64,000 bases of DNA from Phycisphaerae bacterium (GTDB lineage Bacteria; Planctomycetota; Phycisphaerae; UBA1845), in assembly GCA_963666835.2 (NCBI GenBank), contig CAXXGO010000007.1, forward strand, positions 40,511 through 104,510, given 5' to 3'. Below are positions 50,145 to 60,509 of this stretch, one piece after another. The notes beneath the pieces were generated by a model that was not told the origin of the DNA, did not search any database, and worked only from the letters and a program-made list of their open reading frames with translations. How positions within the stretch are numbered: the stretch's first letter is position 1; each line of letters opens with the position of its first letter. The position numbers and the translations under genes are program-made.

Positions 50145-51791
50145 TCAGTGACAACGGGCGGCGATCGGCATTCGCCTCCCGGAACCGAAGGCGCGGCTGG
50201 TAACCTTCAAACCGACCGGGGCCTGTTTGCGCTTATACTCGTTGCGGTCCACCATCCGAACCACTTCCTCTACCGTCGCCCGATCAAACCCGCACCCGAT
50301 GATATCATCAACGGACATGTCCTCCTCGACATAGTGCTCCAAAATGGCGTCGAGAATCTCGTAAGGAGGCAGCGAGTCCTGGTCGCACTGGCCCGCTCTC
50401 AACTCGGCGGAAGGCGGCTTGGTGAGCACGTTTTCAGGTATCCCGGGTCGCTTAGCCTCCGCGTTGAGATACCGTGACATTTCGTACACGACGGTCTTCG
50501 GAACGTCGCTCAACACCGCCAACCCGCCGCACATATCTCCGTATAACGTGCAGTATCCGACGGCCAGCTCGCTCTTGTTCCCCGTGGTCAACAGCAGCCA
50601 GCCGAACTTGTTCGACAGCGCCATCAAGATCGCCCCGCGGATGCGGGCCTGGATGTTCTCTTCGGCAATGCCCGGCGACTGGTCCTTGAAGTGGTCGGCG
50701 ACCGCAATCTCCATCGATCTATGAACGTCTTCAATTGGAATAACCGAATACGCAATACCAAGATTGCTCGCCAGAGCTTCCGCGTCCGACAGGCTGTGGT
50801 CACTGCTGAAACGTGACGGCATAGCGACACCGCATACACGGTCTGCTCCGACGGCCTCTACCGCCAGCGCCGCGGTCAGCGCCGAATCGATACCGCCGGA
50901 CAACCCGATAATCACCTTCTCGAAACCGCACTTGCGGATGTAGTCGCGGATTCCCAACACCACAGCCCGGCAGATCCCCGGAATCCGGTCCGGATAGGAC
51001 TCTACCCGTCCGCCGGTTTCCAGATCGGCATAGAGCAAGTCTTCAGCGAATGCTTCGGTCCGAGCGATGACCTGACCTTTGCCATCCAGCACCAGACCGG
51101 CCCCGTCGAAGATAAGGTCGTCGTTCCCGCCGACCTGATTGACATACACCAAAGGCGCGCCCTGTTCGCGGATCTGCTCCGCGAAGATGGCCTCCCGTTC
51201 GGCCTGCTTGCCGGCGACATACGGGGAAGAGGCGAGGTTGACGATAACTTCGGCCCCGGCAGCGGCGGTCTGCCGGATCGGGTCGAACCCGTATACGCGC
51301 CGCCCGATGAACTGCCGGTCGTTCCACAGGTCCTCGCAAATCGTCAAACCGAGTCGAATCGTCCCCGAGCCGCTGTCGATCTCGGTTACCAGCGGTCCCG
51401 ATCCCGGGCTGAAATAGCGGGTTTCGTCAAACACGTCATACGTGGGCAACAGCCGCTTGGCGTACGAAGCGTGGATCTTGCCGTCCCGGCATATCGCGGC
51501 CGAGTTGAAGATGCCCTTCCCCGCACCGCTTGGATCAGGCTGCACGTAGCCGACCATGGCCGTGATGCCGACGCACCGTTCGGCGATCTGTTCCATCGCG
51601 CGGACATTCCGCCGAATCAAATCCTGGCGGAGGAGAAGATCTTTCGGCGGGTACCCGAAAACCGCAAGCTCTGGGAAGACTACGAGGTTCGCCCCCTCGG
51701 CGCGAGCCTTCTCGATCCACTCGACGATCCGACTCTGATTGCCGTCGATATCGCCGACGGTCGGATTAACTTGGGCAAGTGCTATCTTCAT
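50145..51791 (-). CDS. nadE: Glutamine-dependent NAD+ synthetase
   Basis: Nitrilase domain (FPEL, ICEDLW) plus GLSGGIDS, NIQARIRG, TGNKSE and PSAEL. Confidence 0.96.
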   Translation of the reverse strand: MKIALAQVNPTVGDIDGNQSRIVEWIEKARAEGANLVVFPELAVFGYPPKDLLLRQDLIRRNVRAMEQIAERCVGITAMVGYVQPDPSGAGKGIFNSAAICRDGKIHASYAKRLLPTYDVFDETRYFSPGSGPLVTEIDSGSGTIRLGLTICEDLWNDRQFIGRRVYGFDPIRQTAAAGAEVIVNLASSPYVAGKQAEREAIFAEQIREQGAPLVYVNQVGGNDDLIFDGAGLVLDGKGQVIARTEAFAEDLLYADLETGGRVESYPDRIPGICRAVVLGIRDYIRKCGFEKVIIGLSGGIDSALTAALAVEAVGADRVCGVAMPSRFSSDHSLSDAEALASNLGIAYSVIPIEDVHRSMEIAVADHFKDQSPGIAEENIQARIRGAILMALSNKFGWLLLTTGNKSELAVGYCTLYGDMCGGLAVLSDVPKTVVYEMSRYLNAEAKRPGIPENVLTKPPSAELRAGQCDQDSLPPYEILDAILEHYVEEDMSVDDIIGCGFDRATVEEVVRMVDRNEYKRKQAPVGLKVTSRAFGSGRRMPIAARCH

Positions 51792-52786
51792 ACGGACTCC
51801 GCTTGGCGATACGTTGCCACACTCCGTCGGCGGATTGTAGATCGAAACCCAGCCCTACGCACGACGGTGTGAAAGACGCAAAGGTGTGCGCAAAAAAACA
51901 ACGAGACCAGCGGGACTCCTCCGTGTTCGGGCCGGAGAGAGGAGGATGGTGGAAGAGCCTTTCTTCCGCTGATCCCGTTAATTCGTCGGCGGTGCCGGGA
52001 AGCTTTCTATGGTTCAACAGGCAACCAAGCCTATCGAATTATACCCATGGGTTTTCCCGACCGCTAGCCTGCAGGCTGGACAACCCGTGCCGGACGGTGA
52101 CTCTGCCCTCACCTCTCATACTCAGAGCATCGCCCATAAGCGGCTGCCGCATAACCGCCGTGTGCTTCGTCGCCGGAAAGACTGAGCAATCCGAATGCCA
52201 CGAGCCGCATTGTAGCATAAACCGCTTGCCCAGACACCGCAAAAGTCGGCTATTATTTTCCGGGGCGGTGCCGTGCCAAACCCCATCGCCGACTCGTAAC
52301 GCCGAGCCGCCCTAAAGCAATCGCCGGCTAGGTTCCTTCGTTATTATCAGACACTCTCACTGTAAGCATTCACCTTTTGCTGCCACCGTTAGCCGCTGTT
52401 CCTGACGAATCACTGGCCCGGCGTCGCCCGCTCGTGCCGGGAGGGTTCCCCGATGATTGGCTCCCGACAAGAAGTTACAGATTTTGAGCGTGCGGTGGAT
52501 TCCGCTGGAGTCAGCACCGAGCCAATTGCCCGATTCGGCGTCGTCCGTACAGTTCGAAAGGTCCACGGACGGGCGTAACGCTGCGCTCTTGTCGGCGGGA
52601 CATTCCAGTAAACGCGGGTCTGTCATCTGCACCGGGGCGGGCTTACTCCGACGCGAACAGACGCGCGTGCGTCCCGAGTTGTTGACGGTCCAGCGGTTTG
52701 CCGTGATCATCGTCTGGTGGACGGGTGAGTGTTCTAACCGGCACGGGTGTACTGGTTCGCCGGGTTTTTGGAGTTGAACGAAGACC

Positions 52787-53080
52787 ATGAGCAAGCTCCC
52801 TTTCGATCGCAAGATCTTCTGGACGACGTTCGGCGTCGTTATGGTCCTGCTCGTGGTGACCTTCTTCGTGCTCTTCAAGTTCACCACCTACCAACTCACG
52901 AATGCAGACCTGTTCGGCTCTCTGATCGCCGCGACCATCTTCTCGTACCTGGTCCATCTCTGGATGCTGCCCGGGATGTACGACGACGAGGACTACTACG
53001 AAGAGGGCGAGGACGTCGGCGAAGATGCCCTGCAAGAAGACGTCGAAGACTCGCCCGAGGGTGAGCTGCCCGTCGAGTAA
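52787..53080 (+). CDS. Small two-helix membrane protein with acidic tail
   Basis: GC3-rich codons; two hydrophobic helices; D/E-rich C-terminus. Confidence 0.75.
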   Translation: MSKLPFDRKIFWTTFGVVMVLLVVTFFVLFKFTTYQLTNADLFGSLIAATIFSYLVHLWMLPGMYDDEDYYEEGEDVGEDALQEDVEDSPEGELPVE

Positions 53081-53739
53081 GTTCGCCCCGCACGCACCCA
53101 ACGGAATGCGACCTCCCAGTGCGTCAGGCGGGCTATCGTTGTGTCATTCCTGGTTTTTCGGGTGTGCCACTACTCTTGAGCAGTGCAGAATCGTCGTTGG
53201 ACTATGACACCTAGTTGGCATCACTTGTAGGGCAGGTCGAGGCACGAGACCTGCCGCCCACAAACCCGTAGGCGTCGCGGTGCGTCGTGGCCGACCTGGT
53301 CAGTACGGCAAGCGTGAGCGACCCGCCCCTGACCGATACGCGGCTACTCGTTGGCGCTCCACCAAACGAAGACGTGCCGCCCGCAGGGGGCTTCGCGTGA
53401 AACGGCCGCACGATCCCCCAGGCTCACGCCTTGGGGCTAGAGGACCTGTCGCCCCAAGGGGCTTGGCTTACGGCACGGTCGAGGCACGAAACCTGCCATC
53501 AAGGCCGCAATGGTTCGAGTCGTACGAAGATGTGCCACGCACGTGGCTTGCGGGACCAGCCCGCCAGGGCGACAGCTCTGCCTAGCCCGCGCGCGAGCCG
53601 CGGGATCGAGTCGCGAGTCGCCCCCAGCCCCGCCAGGGGCGGCACGTCGATACTCGAGAAGACGCCTGTGGTCGCCAACATGTCCCCCGTATGATGTCCA
53701 ATCACCGGTGTCCGATTCAAACAAAGATGATCCGCATGG

Positions 53740-53960
53740 CGCGGGTGCCCCATACATCCCGGCGTTTGTTGCGCTGGAACAGCCACGCCGGTTTCCCGCC
53801 GGGATGGGTGGGGGACGGACAAAGACCCGAAAGAAACTCGCCTTCAGGCAAGCCCCCACCCTTCGCCTGGTGCGTCGTGCGTGCGCCGCAACTACAACCT
53901 GTATCCGACGCTCTTTCGCCGCTACGGGATAACCCAAGGCAAAGGATGAGGGCACCCGCG
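53740..53960 (+). repeat. ~220-bp MITE-like repeat (family D), intact copy
   Basis: 11-bp terminal IR CGCGGGTGCCC/GGGCACCCGCG; homologous to 12805-13014. Confidence 0.78.
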
Positions 53961-54008
53961 CTGGGATCTGTGGAGGGGGTCCCGGGTAACCGGGATTCCT
54001 ACTCCGGC
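53959..54008 (+). mobile_element. 50-nt 3'-terminal remnant of the group II intron (half of domain V plus domain VI)
   Basis: CGCTGGGATCTGTGGAGGGGGTCCCGGGTAACCGGGATTCCTACTCCGGC matches the reverse complement of 4075-4124 except at the penultimate base. Confidence 0.88.
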
Positions 54009-55402
54009 ACCTTGCCGGCTTTAGTGACAGGAGCGCGTCTCCCCGGCAGCAACGCCAACAGAATGAGCAGCGGAATCATCGGCACGCGAAAACGCGGGTC
54101 GATCTGCGGGGCCGTCGCGAGCAACAACGCTACCGTGCAAGCCAGCGGAAAGAACGCTGCGTCATAATCGAATCTGCGACGGACCAATCCGGCCACCACA
54201 CCCAGAAAGAGCAGAACGTACGGGCCGGCCAGAAGCGCTGATCGCAACCGCGCGGGCTCAGTACCCTTCGGGGGACGGAAGGCCAGGTTCATCGGAAACG
54301 TCAGGATCGAACCACACCTCGTCAGATAACACGTTAGTGTGCTGAACGGCCGGGCCGCCAGGTACGACAAGCCGATCCCCCGAAGAGCTCTGGACAACTC
54401 GAACGAATCCACGGTCGTCCGATTCCCCTGGGCCAGGTTCCGCCAGTTCAGAGCTAACCGCTGCTGTTCAGTCAGCCCGGTAAGCCGCCCGGGTAACTCC
54501 GCATCAATCCGATCCCAAACCGTGTGCGGCTCCTCGGCCCGGTTCGGATCAAGCGAGGTCTCCGCATAGCGATCGTCCGCGCGCCCCTCGCCCCACAGCA
54601 CCACCTCGGTAGCCTTGAAGTAGGCCAGCACAACCCCGCTCTGATCGGATAACGCAAAGTGCCCGGCCACAACCTGGTTGCGGATCAACCACGGCGACAG
54701 CACAACCGCAACGCCCAGAACGTAGCTCAAGGCAAAGCGCCCGGTGCCGGCAGATGGCTCTGCGGACGCAAGCAAACCACGGCGCTGCCAGGCGCGCCAG
54801 AGCAATCCGACCAGCAGTACCGGCGGGATCAGGATGGCCACCGGACGAACAAGAATCAGAAGCCCGGCCGACACCCCGAGCAGGAGAAACCACCGCCCTT
54901 GTCGCCGTTCGGCGGCAATCTGCCAGATGAGCCAGGTGATAAGGAGCAGAGTCAGAAAGAGGGTCGTGGCCATCAGCCACATCGAGTAGTACAGATGATA
55001 AGGTTCCATCAGAAAGAGCCAGGCCACCACGATGGCGCGGCGGTCGCTAATCTGTCGCCGGGTGATACCGTAAAGAAGCAAGACGTTGAGCACGCCGAGG
55101 ATCTGTTGGGCGGCAATAAGCGTCGAAACCGCGCCACCGCCGACCAGCATCACCCCGGCCAGAAACAGCGGATAGCCCGGCGTCCGCCAAGTGTCCGGAC
55201 GCCGAGGCGGTTCCGTGGACTGGCTGAACGTACCGTGTTCCGCCACGTTGCGGGCGATCTGGTAATACTCCTGGCTGTCGAGAGATCGGAACGCGAAGGT
55301 GTCGATCCGCCCGGTGGCTCGATACACCGCCGCCAGCGCGCAGCCGTGTACGAAGACCGCGACGATCAGCAAATACAAAAACGGTCGGTGGGCATTCGAC
55401 AT
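53999..55402 (-). CDS. GT39/ArnT-like (GT-C) membrane glycosyltransferase
   Basis: DSQEYYQIA, RTPGYPLFLA, LVRP and PRFRVP motifs; many transmembrane segments. Confidence 0.85.
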   Translation of the reverse strand: MSNAHRPFLYLLIVAVFVHGCALAAVYRATGRIDTFAFRSLDSQEYYQIARNVAEHGTFSQSTEPPRRPDTWRTPGYPLFLAGVMLVGGGAVSTLIAAQQILGVLNVLLLYGITRRQISDRRAIVVAWLFLMEPYHLYYSMWLMATTLFLTLLLITWLIWQIAAERRQGRWFLLLGVSAGLLILVRPVAILIPPVLLVGLLWRAWQRRGLLASAEPSAGTGRFALSYVLGVAVVLSPWLIRNQVVAGHFALSDQSGVVLAYFKATEVVLWGEGRADDRYAETSLDPNRAEEPHTVWDRIDAELPGRLTGLTEQQRLALNWRNLAQGNRTTVDSFELSRALRGIGLSYLAARPFSTLTCYLTRCGSILTFPMNLAFRPPKGTEPARLRSALLAGPYVLLFLGVVAGLVRRRFDYDAAFFPLACTVALLLATAPQIDPRFRVPMIPLLILLALLPGRRAPVTKAGKVPE

Positions 55403-55527
55403 GGCCGGATAGTGTAAGCGCTTTGGCCATAATTGCGAGAGGAAGAAACGCGGCCCTTCGCCAATGTCAGTCGATGCCGGGCCGAGATCCGATGGAAGCA
55501 GTCAGTCCGCCGCTCAAAACCGCATCC

Positions 55528-55742
55528 GTAGGGCACGGTCGAGGCACGAGACCTGCCGGTCAAAACGCCATCCGTAGGGCACGGTCGAGGCACGAGACCT
55601 GCCGCACAAGACGCCATCCGTAGGGCACGGTCGAGGCACGAGACCTGCCGCTCAAAACGCCATCCGTAGGGCACGGTCGAGGCACGAGACCTGCCGCTCA
55701 AAACGCCATCCGTAGGGCACGGTCGAGGCACGAGACCTGCCG
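55528..55742 (+). repeat. Tandem array of five REP-A copies, period 46 bp
   Basis: GTAGGGCACGGTCGAGGCACGAGACCTGCCG at 55528, 55574, 55620, 55666 and 55712 with near-identical 15-nt linkers. Confidence 0.92.
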
Positions 55743-55944
55743 CGACGGCGCGCTGTGTCCAAGTGGTCTGTGACCACGAGAAGGCTCCACGCCGGTGGGC
55801 GTGCCACTGCCGTTGAACAGTATGCTCCCGCCGCATCACACTCTACGGATCAACAAGTCTATACGTGCCATAAGGTTGTCAGTTAGGTAGCTTGTCGCCT
55901 GGACGGTGGGGAACTTGCGTGATTCTGTGTGTTGTGCGGTGTGC

Positions 55945-56041
55945 TGCAGGCAGGATGCCTGCGCTACTTGGACTGCAGGCAGGATGCCGGCGTTATGTAT
56001 TCTGCAGGCTCGATGCCTGCGTTACTGGATGCCTGCGCTAC
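55945..56041 (-). repeat. Cluster of REP family B (GTAGCGCAGGCATCCTGCCTGC-like)
   Basis: Repeated GGATGCCTGCGCTAC variants; also at ~3930, 7157-7220 and 45020-45070. Confidence 0.7.
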
Positions 56042-56057
56042 GCGCGGCGGTGCTGCT

Positions 56058-56639
56058 CTACCGGGCATGTCCGCACGATTCCGTGGACTGAGCCGGGCAT
56101 TGTTGCGGGCAGGCGAGGGTCTGGTCTGTTGTTCGGCGGCCGGCGCAGCTTGAGGGTCTGGTCGGCGGTTGCTCCGGGCACGCCAGATAACACGCCCGAT
56201 TCGCAATCGTCGGGTCCAAGGCCGCCCGCGGATAGGAATGGGCTATGCGGTCGGTAAGGGCCTCGACCAGCGGCCGGAGCAGATCGAGAACGCGATCGAA
56301 CTTGTCATCCGCTATTGCGTTGGAGGCTACGGCTCGGGTATTCGCCTGTTCCTCCCTCGGCTTAATAGCGGGCAGGAGCGGCGGAGGAGTCGGGCTTTGC
56401 TGATCGCGGACTCCGGCAAGCTGCAGGACGGTACTGCCGATCAAATCGGACGACGGGGCCGAGGTTGCTTGGGTGCGCGGGGTGGCTCGGTGTCCCATCG
56501 CGCGGGCGGCGAGTCCGCTCCCTGTAATCACCCCTAACATAAAGACCCACGCATAGCGGATAACGCGAGAAAGAGGCCAGCGGGTGTGATGAGAACGCCG
56601 GTGGATGTAGTACGGATTGGGCATGATCATTCCGCTCAC
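56058..56639 (-). CDS. Hypothetical protein with N-terminal hydrophobic segment
   Basis: Only plausible ORF in the gap; C-terminal part doubtful. Confidence 0.4.
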   Translation of the reverse strand: MSGMIMPNPYYIHRRSHHTRWPLSRVIRYAWVFMLGVITGSGLAARAMGHRATPRTQATSAPSSDLIGSTVLQLAGVRDQQSPTPPPLLPAIKPREEQANTRAVASNAIADDKFDRVLDLLRPLVEALTDRIAHSYPRAALDPTIANRACYLACPEQPPTRPSSCAGRRTTDQTLACPQQCPAQSTESCGHAR

Positions 56640-56980
56640 AGTAAGAAAACGTTGACACCCTCCGTGGCGAGGTGATCACGGCGAAACCCGATCCGGGTCT
56701 GCCGGGTCGGGCGTGGTTGGTTCGCAACGGCGATCCAACCGCGGGCTCTCGGTCCGTCTCGAGCAGGGCGTTCTCCCGAACCGCCGATAATGGCTGAGTT
56801 TCGGGGTCACAGGTAGCCGTTTGGCATCGCCACGGCACCCGCGGACGGAAACGTCCGAGAAGTACATCGGACGGTTACCGGACGACCTGAAGTTCCGATA
56901 TCTGCAGCGCGTGTAAACCCCTGGATCGGAGGACCGCATCTTTCAGAACCCGGCGTCAAAAAATAGGTGACTGTCCCCAA

Positions 56981-57967
56981 TTAAGGGATCCGTAGGTCGA
57001 GGGTTCGCCGGTGTTTCGTCTTATTGGCGTCGTCGACCGTGACGGTCACGCGATAGGTGCCCGGCTCGCGGAATACGTGGATCGGCGCCGCTACCGGAGA
57101 TTCGTCGCCGTCTCCGAACTCCCAGTGGTATTGCTGCGGAACGAAAGAGCTGCGGAGTCTGAACTGCATTTCACGCGGGTTGCGATCCCCGGCCGGGAAG
57201 GCCCGGATCAGAATCCACGGCTCGGTGCGCAAGATGTCCTCGAAGAACTGGACGATCCGCTCCGTATCCGTGTGCCGCGCCGAACCGGCTCCGTCTTGGC
57301 GGACGTCCGCTCCAACCGATCGGAGCCAGTCGGCGCACTCGCTCGAGTGCTTACCGGTCAGGGCATCGGCCACGCTGAAGTTTACGTAGATCGGTTGATG
57401 GTGATTCACCGGGGTGACAACGTCCGCGAGGAAATCGCTCTCCACCTTGGGACGAACAATACCAAGCGCCCGGAACACGTCCGGATGACGCATGCCGGTG
57501 TGCAAGGCAGCGCACGCTCCCGTTGACCACCCATACAGGAACACGCGATCGCTCGATACGTTGTGGCCGCCACGAACGTGGTGCAAAGCTGCCAGGATGT
57601 TCGCTTCATCCGTGCGCAAGCTCGCTAGATACTCTTCCTCATTCCGCGACCAGCGCTTCTTCGTCGTCGTCAACGTGGGGGCTATCAGCAGAAATCCATC
57701 CGACTCGGCCAGCTCGGTCCACGCCCGGAGCTGCTTGACCGGCGAGTCAGGAAACGGTCCGTGACATACCACCACCAGAGGCCAGGCGAGCCCGGCGTCA
57801 TAACTGGAAGGTCGGTACAGCAAGTACTGTTGCCCCAGGTCCGGTTCAATAATCGGGCGGATCGGAGCGGGCACGTTGGGGTCGTTGTACTGCGAGCAAC
57901 CTCCGCCGGAGGCCAGGGCAACGGCGGCAACGATGAGAAACCTGAACATGCATTTAGTGCTGGTCAT
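56981..57967 (-). CDS. Lipoprotein with alpha/beta-hydrolase (PHB-depolymerase-like esterase) and C-terminal PKD domain
   Basis: GGGC lipobox; PLVVVCHG; GWSTG nucleophile elbow; YHWEFGDG...PGTYRVTVTV. Confidence 0.85.
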   Translation of the reverse strand: MTSTKCMFRFLIVAAVALASGGGCSQYNDPNVPAPIRPIIEPDLGQQYLLYRPSSYDAGLAWPLVVVCHGPFPDSPVKQLRAWTELAESDGFLLIAPTLTTTKKRWSRNEEEYLASLRTDEANILAALHHVRGGHNVSSDRVFLYGWSTGACAALHTGMRHPDVFRALGIVRPKVESDFLADVVTPVNHHQPIYVNFSVADALTGKHSSECADWLRSVGADVRQDGAGSARHTDTERIVQFFEDILRTEPWILIRAFPAGDRNPREMQFRLRSSFVPQQYHWEFGDGDESPVAAPIHVFREPGTYRVTVTVDDANKTKHRRTLDLRIP

Positions 57968-58066
57968 ATCTCCAACCTCGAACAATGCAGTGGCCGTCGT
58001 GCCGGTACCGAGAGCCATACGGGCAGAGCAAGGAAGTCTCCGTGGTCTTCGCAACTCGGATGGGCG

Positions 58067-60469
58067 TTACTGCCGCACCTCGTAACCGCAATCGGCCAGA
58101 TGTCGCTCGAACTCCTTGCGGAATGCGACCGCGTCGTCCTCCACCAGGGTACGCGTGTCATCTCCCACGACCGTCCGGAACGTCAAGCTGCGGACGCTGG
58201 AGCCGATCGACTCCCCGGCGTAACTCCCCACGTAGCGAGTGTACTTCAGCAGCGGGTGTGCGAACGACGCCAGCCGCTTCGATACCTCCGCGTATTCCGT
58301 TGCCGCCGGGACCAGGAACGAAAAGTCCATCCCAACCAGCGGATACTCGGGGATAGTGCCGAGCTTCTCGGCGCGCTGCCGTACCGTATCCAGGCCATCG
58401 AGCCGCAACTCCGCCCAGGCAATGCCCCAGGCCGACAGATGCTCATCCATGACCCGGCGCAGCGGAAGATCCACGACACTAACCCGTCCGAGAGCCGTTC
58501 CGTCGATCGAGACTTCCGCAGTACGGCGAGGGTGTTCCCAAGGCCGGGCCGGGTCCGCCTCGACCCTGGCGAAGACCACCTGCTGAGCGAAGCGCTGCCA
58601 TGCCCAACCCTCGATAGCCCCTTTAAGCCGATCGTATAGCTCGGTCTCGCTTCTTTTGCCGCGCCGGGCGCTAATCAGGCCGACGTGGCGATACTCGCGG
58701 TCCTTGGGCGAAGCCGGCTCGAACACACTGCCCAGCTCGATGATCGAGAATGCCGGGAAGTGGAACCGGTTTTTGGCCACGGCCGCGAGCAGTCCGGGCA
58801 GCAGCCGCTGCCGCATCTGGTGCAGGCCTTCGGCGGCCGGGTTGCGCAGTTCCACGCATTGGCCGGGGTCGGCTCCGAGCTGGCCGAGCCAAGCGGAGTC
58901 GTACCAGAGATACCCTTGAATCTCGTTGAAGCGCTGTCCGGTCGTGAAATACTCGAGGGTCCTCTGTTCGAGCTCGTGCAGACTATTAGGCTCGAAGCGG
59001 CGCATCGAGACCTTCGGCAACTTAGGCGCGATCGTGTCATAGCCGACGTAGCGGGCGAGTTCTTCGATCACGTCCGCTTCGATCGAGATGTCATTAGTCG
59101 CCCGGTACGACGGCACGCCGATCTGCCAAAGCTCGCCCTGATCCGCCAGGGTGAACCCCAGCGGAGCAAGAAGCTGCGTCGCTTCGTCGGCGGGAACCTG
59201 TCGCCCGATCGCCCGCGCCACATGTTGCGGCTTCACCATCACCGAAGTCGGCTCGCTCGGCGACGGATACCCGTCCGAGAGCCGGCTCTTGATTTCAAGG
59301 TCCGGGTACATGCCCCGAGCCAACTCAATGAACCGGCGGATCGATAGCTCGGTATTCGTCGGGTCAAGCGATTTCTCGAAACGGGCGCTGGCATCGGTAC
59401 GCAGGCCGAGACGTGTCGCTGTTCGCCGGATGGTCGCGGGGTCGAAATTGGCCGACTCGAGCAACAGCGACGTAGTGCTGTCGGATACTTCGGTTTCGAG
59501 CCCGCCCATTACCCCCGCTAGGGCGATCGATCGGCCTTCGCACTGAATCATCAGCTCGCGATTCGTCAGGGCGCGTTCCATACCGTCGAGCGTGCAGAAC
59601 TTCTCGCCGTCCTCCGCCCAGGCGACCTCGATTCGCGCGACCTTGGCCGCGTCGAAGGCGTGCATCGGCTGGCCCAGGTCGGCCATGATGTAATTAGTCA
59701 GATCGACCAGCCCGGAGATCGGACGCATGCCGACGTGCCCCAGCCGCAGTTGCATCCAGAGCGGACTAGGCTGGGCCGGGACTCCCTCGACCACCAAAGC
59801 GCTATACCGCCGGCACGCTTCGGGATCGGTGATCTCGATCGGGACGTCCGGCAGACCCTCACCGGATAGCTCCTCCAACGGCGCCACCGGATAAGGCTTG
59901 AGAGGCAGCTTGCGAATCGCGGCGATTTCGCGGGCGATACCGTACAGACCCCACAAGTCCGGGCGGTTCGTGAGAGACTTGTTGTCGATCTCGATTACCC
60001 AGTCCTCGAACAGGTCCGAGGGAAGCTCCTCGCCCGCCGTACAGGTGCCGTCGGGGAAGATGGCCTCGTTAGCCGCCATCGCGATCCCCAGCGCGTCGCC
60101 CGGCAGAATCATGCCGCAACTCGTATGATCGGCGACCTTCGTCTCGCCGATTTCCCCGAGCGCCGCGATGCTGGACCCGGCCGGGGCATAAACCACGTTC
60201 GCTCCGACGTGCAAAACCGGAGCCGCCGTAACCGTCTCGACAGTCTTTCCGTCCCCGACGTTGAGAACCACGTGGCGCAGATTGCGCGTGCCGGGCAGTT
60301 CGGTCACGTCTTCGATTCGCGCGACGATGAGCCCGCGCGCGCCGATCTTGATCGGCTCGACGCCTTCAACTTCCGCAGCCGTGCGCGTAAACCGCTCCGC
60401 CAACTCCGACGGATCGAGGTCGGCGGGCAGGTCAACGAAATCACGGATCCAATTGAGCGAAACGAGCAT
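58067..60469 (-). CDS. pheT: Phenylalanyl-tRNA synthetase beta subunit
   Basis: MLVSLNWIRDFV, NRPDLWG, VDLTNY...GQPMHAFD, LRTDASARFEK and DVIEELAR motifs. Confidence 0.96.
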   Translation of the reverse strand: MLVSLNWIRDFVDLPADLDPSELAERFTRTAAEVEGVEPIKIGARGLIVARIEDVTELPGTRNLRHVVLNVGDGKTVETVTAAPVLHVGANVVYAPAGSSIAALGEIGETKVADHTSCGMILPGDALGIAMAANEAIFPDGTCTAGEELPSDLFEDWVIEIDNKSLTNRPDLWGLYGIAREIAAIRKLPLKPYPVAPLEELSGEGLPDVPIEITDPEACRRYSALVVEGVPAQPSPLWMQLRLGHVGMRPISGLVDLTNYIMADLGQPMHAFDAAKVARIEVAWAEDGEKFCTLDGMERALTNRELMIQCEGRSIALAGVMGGLETEVSDSTTSLLLESANFDPATIRRTATRLGLRTDASARFEKSLDPTNTELSIRRFIELARGMYPDLEIKSRLSDGYPSPSEPTSVMVKPQHVARAIGRQVPADEATQLLAPLGFTLADQGELWQIGVPSYRATNDISIEADVIEELARYVGYDTIAPKLPKVSMRRFEPNSLHELEQRTLEYFTTGQRFNEIQGYLWYDSAWLGQLGADPGQCVELRNPAAEGLHQMRQRLLPGLLAAVAKNRFHFPAFSIIELGSVFEPASPKDREYRHVGLISARRGKRSETELYDRLKGAIEGWAWQRFAQQVVFARVEADPARPWEHPRRTAEVSIDGTALGRVSVVDLPLRRVMDEHLSAWGIAWAELRLDGLDTVRQRAEKLGTIPEYPLVGMDFSFLVPAATEYAEVSKRLASFAHPLLKYTRYVGSYAGESIGSSVRSLTFRTVVGDDTRTLVEDDAVAFRKEFERHLADCGYEVRQ

Positions 60470-60509
60470 CAGAACTCCCGGTTATCTCTTAGCCGCGCGC
60501 GGCTGCCAC

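Noticed and set aside
55528..55742. CRISPR array
   Set aside because: Linkers are only 15 nt and nearly identical, the repeat is a dispersed REP, and there are no cas genes.
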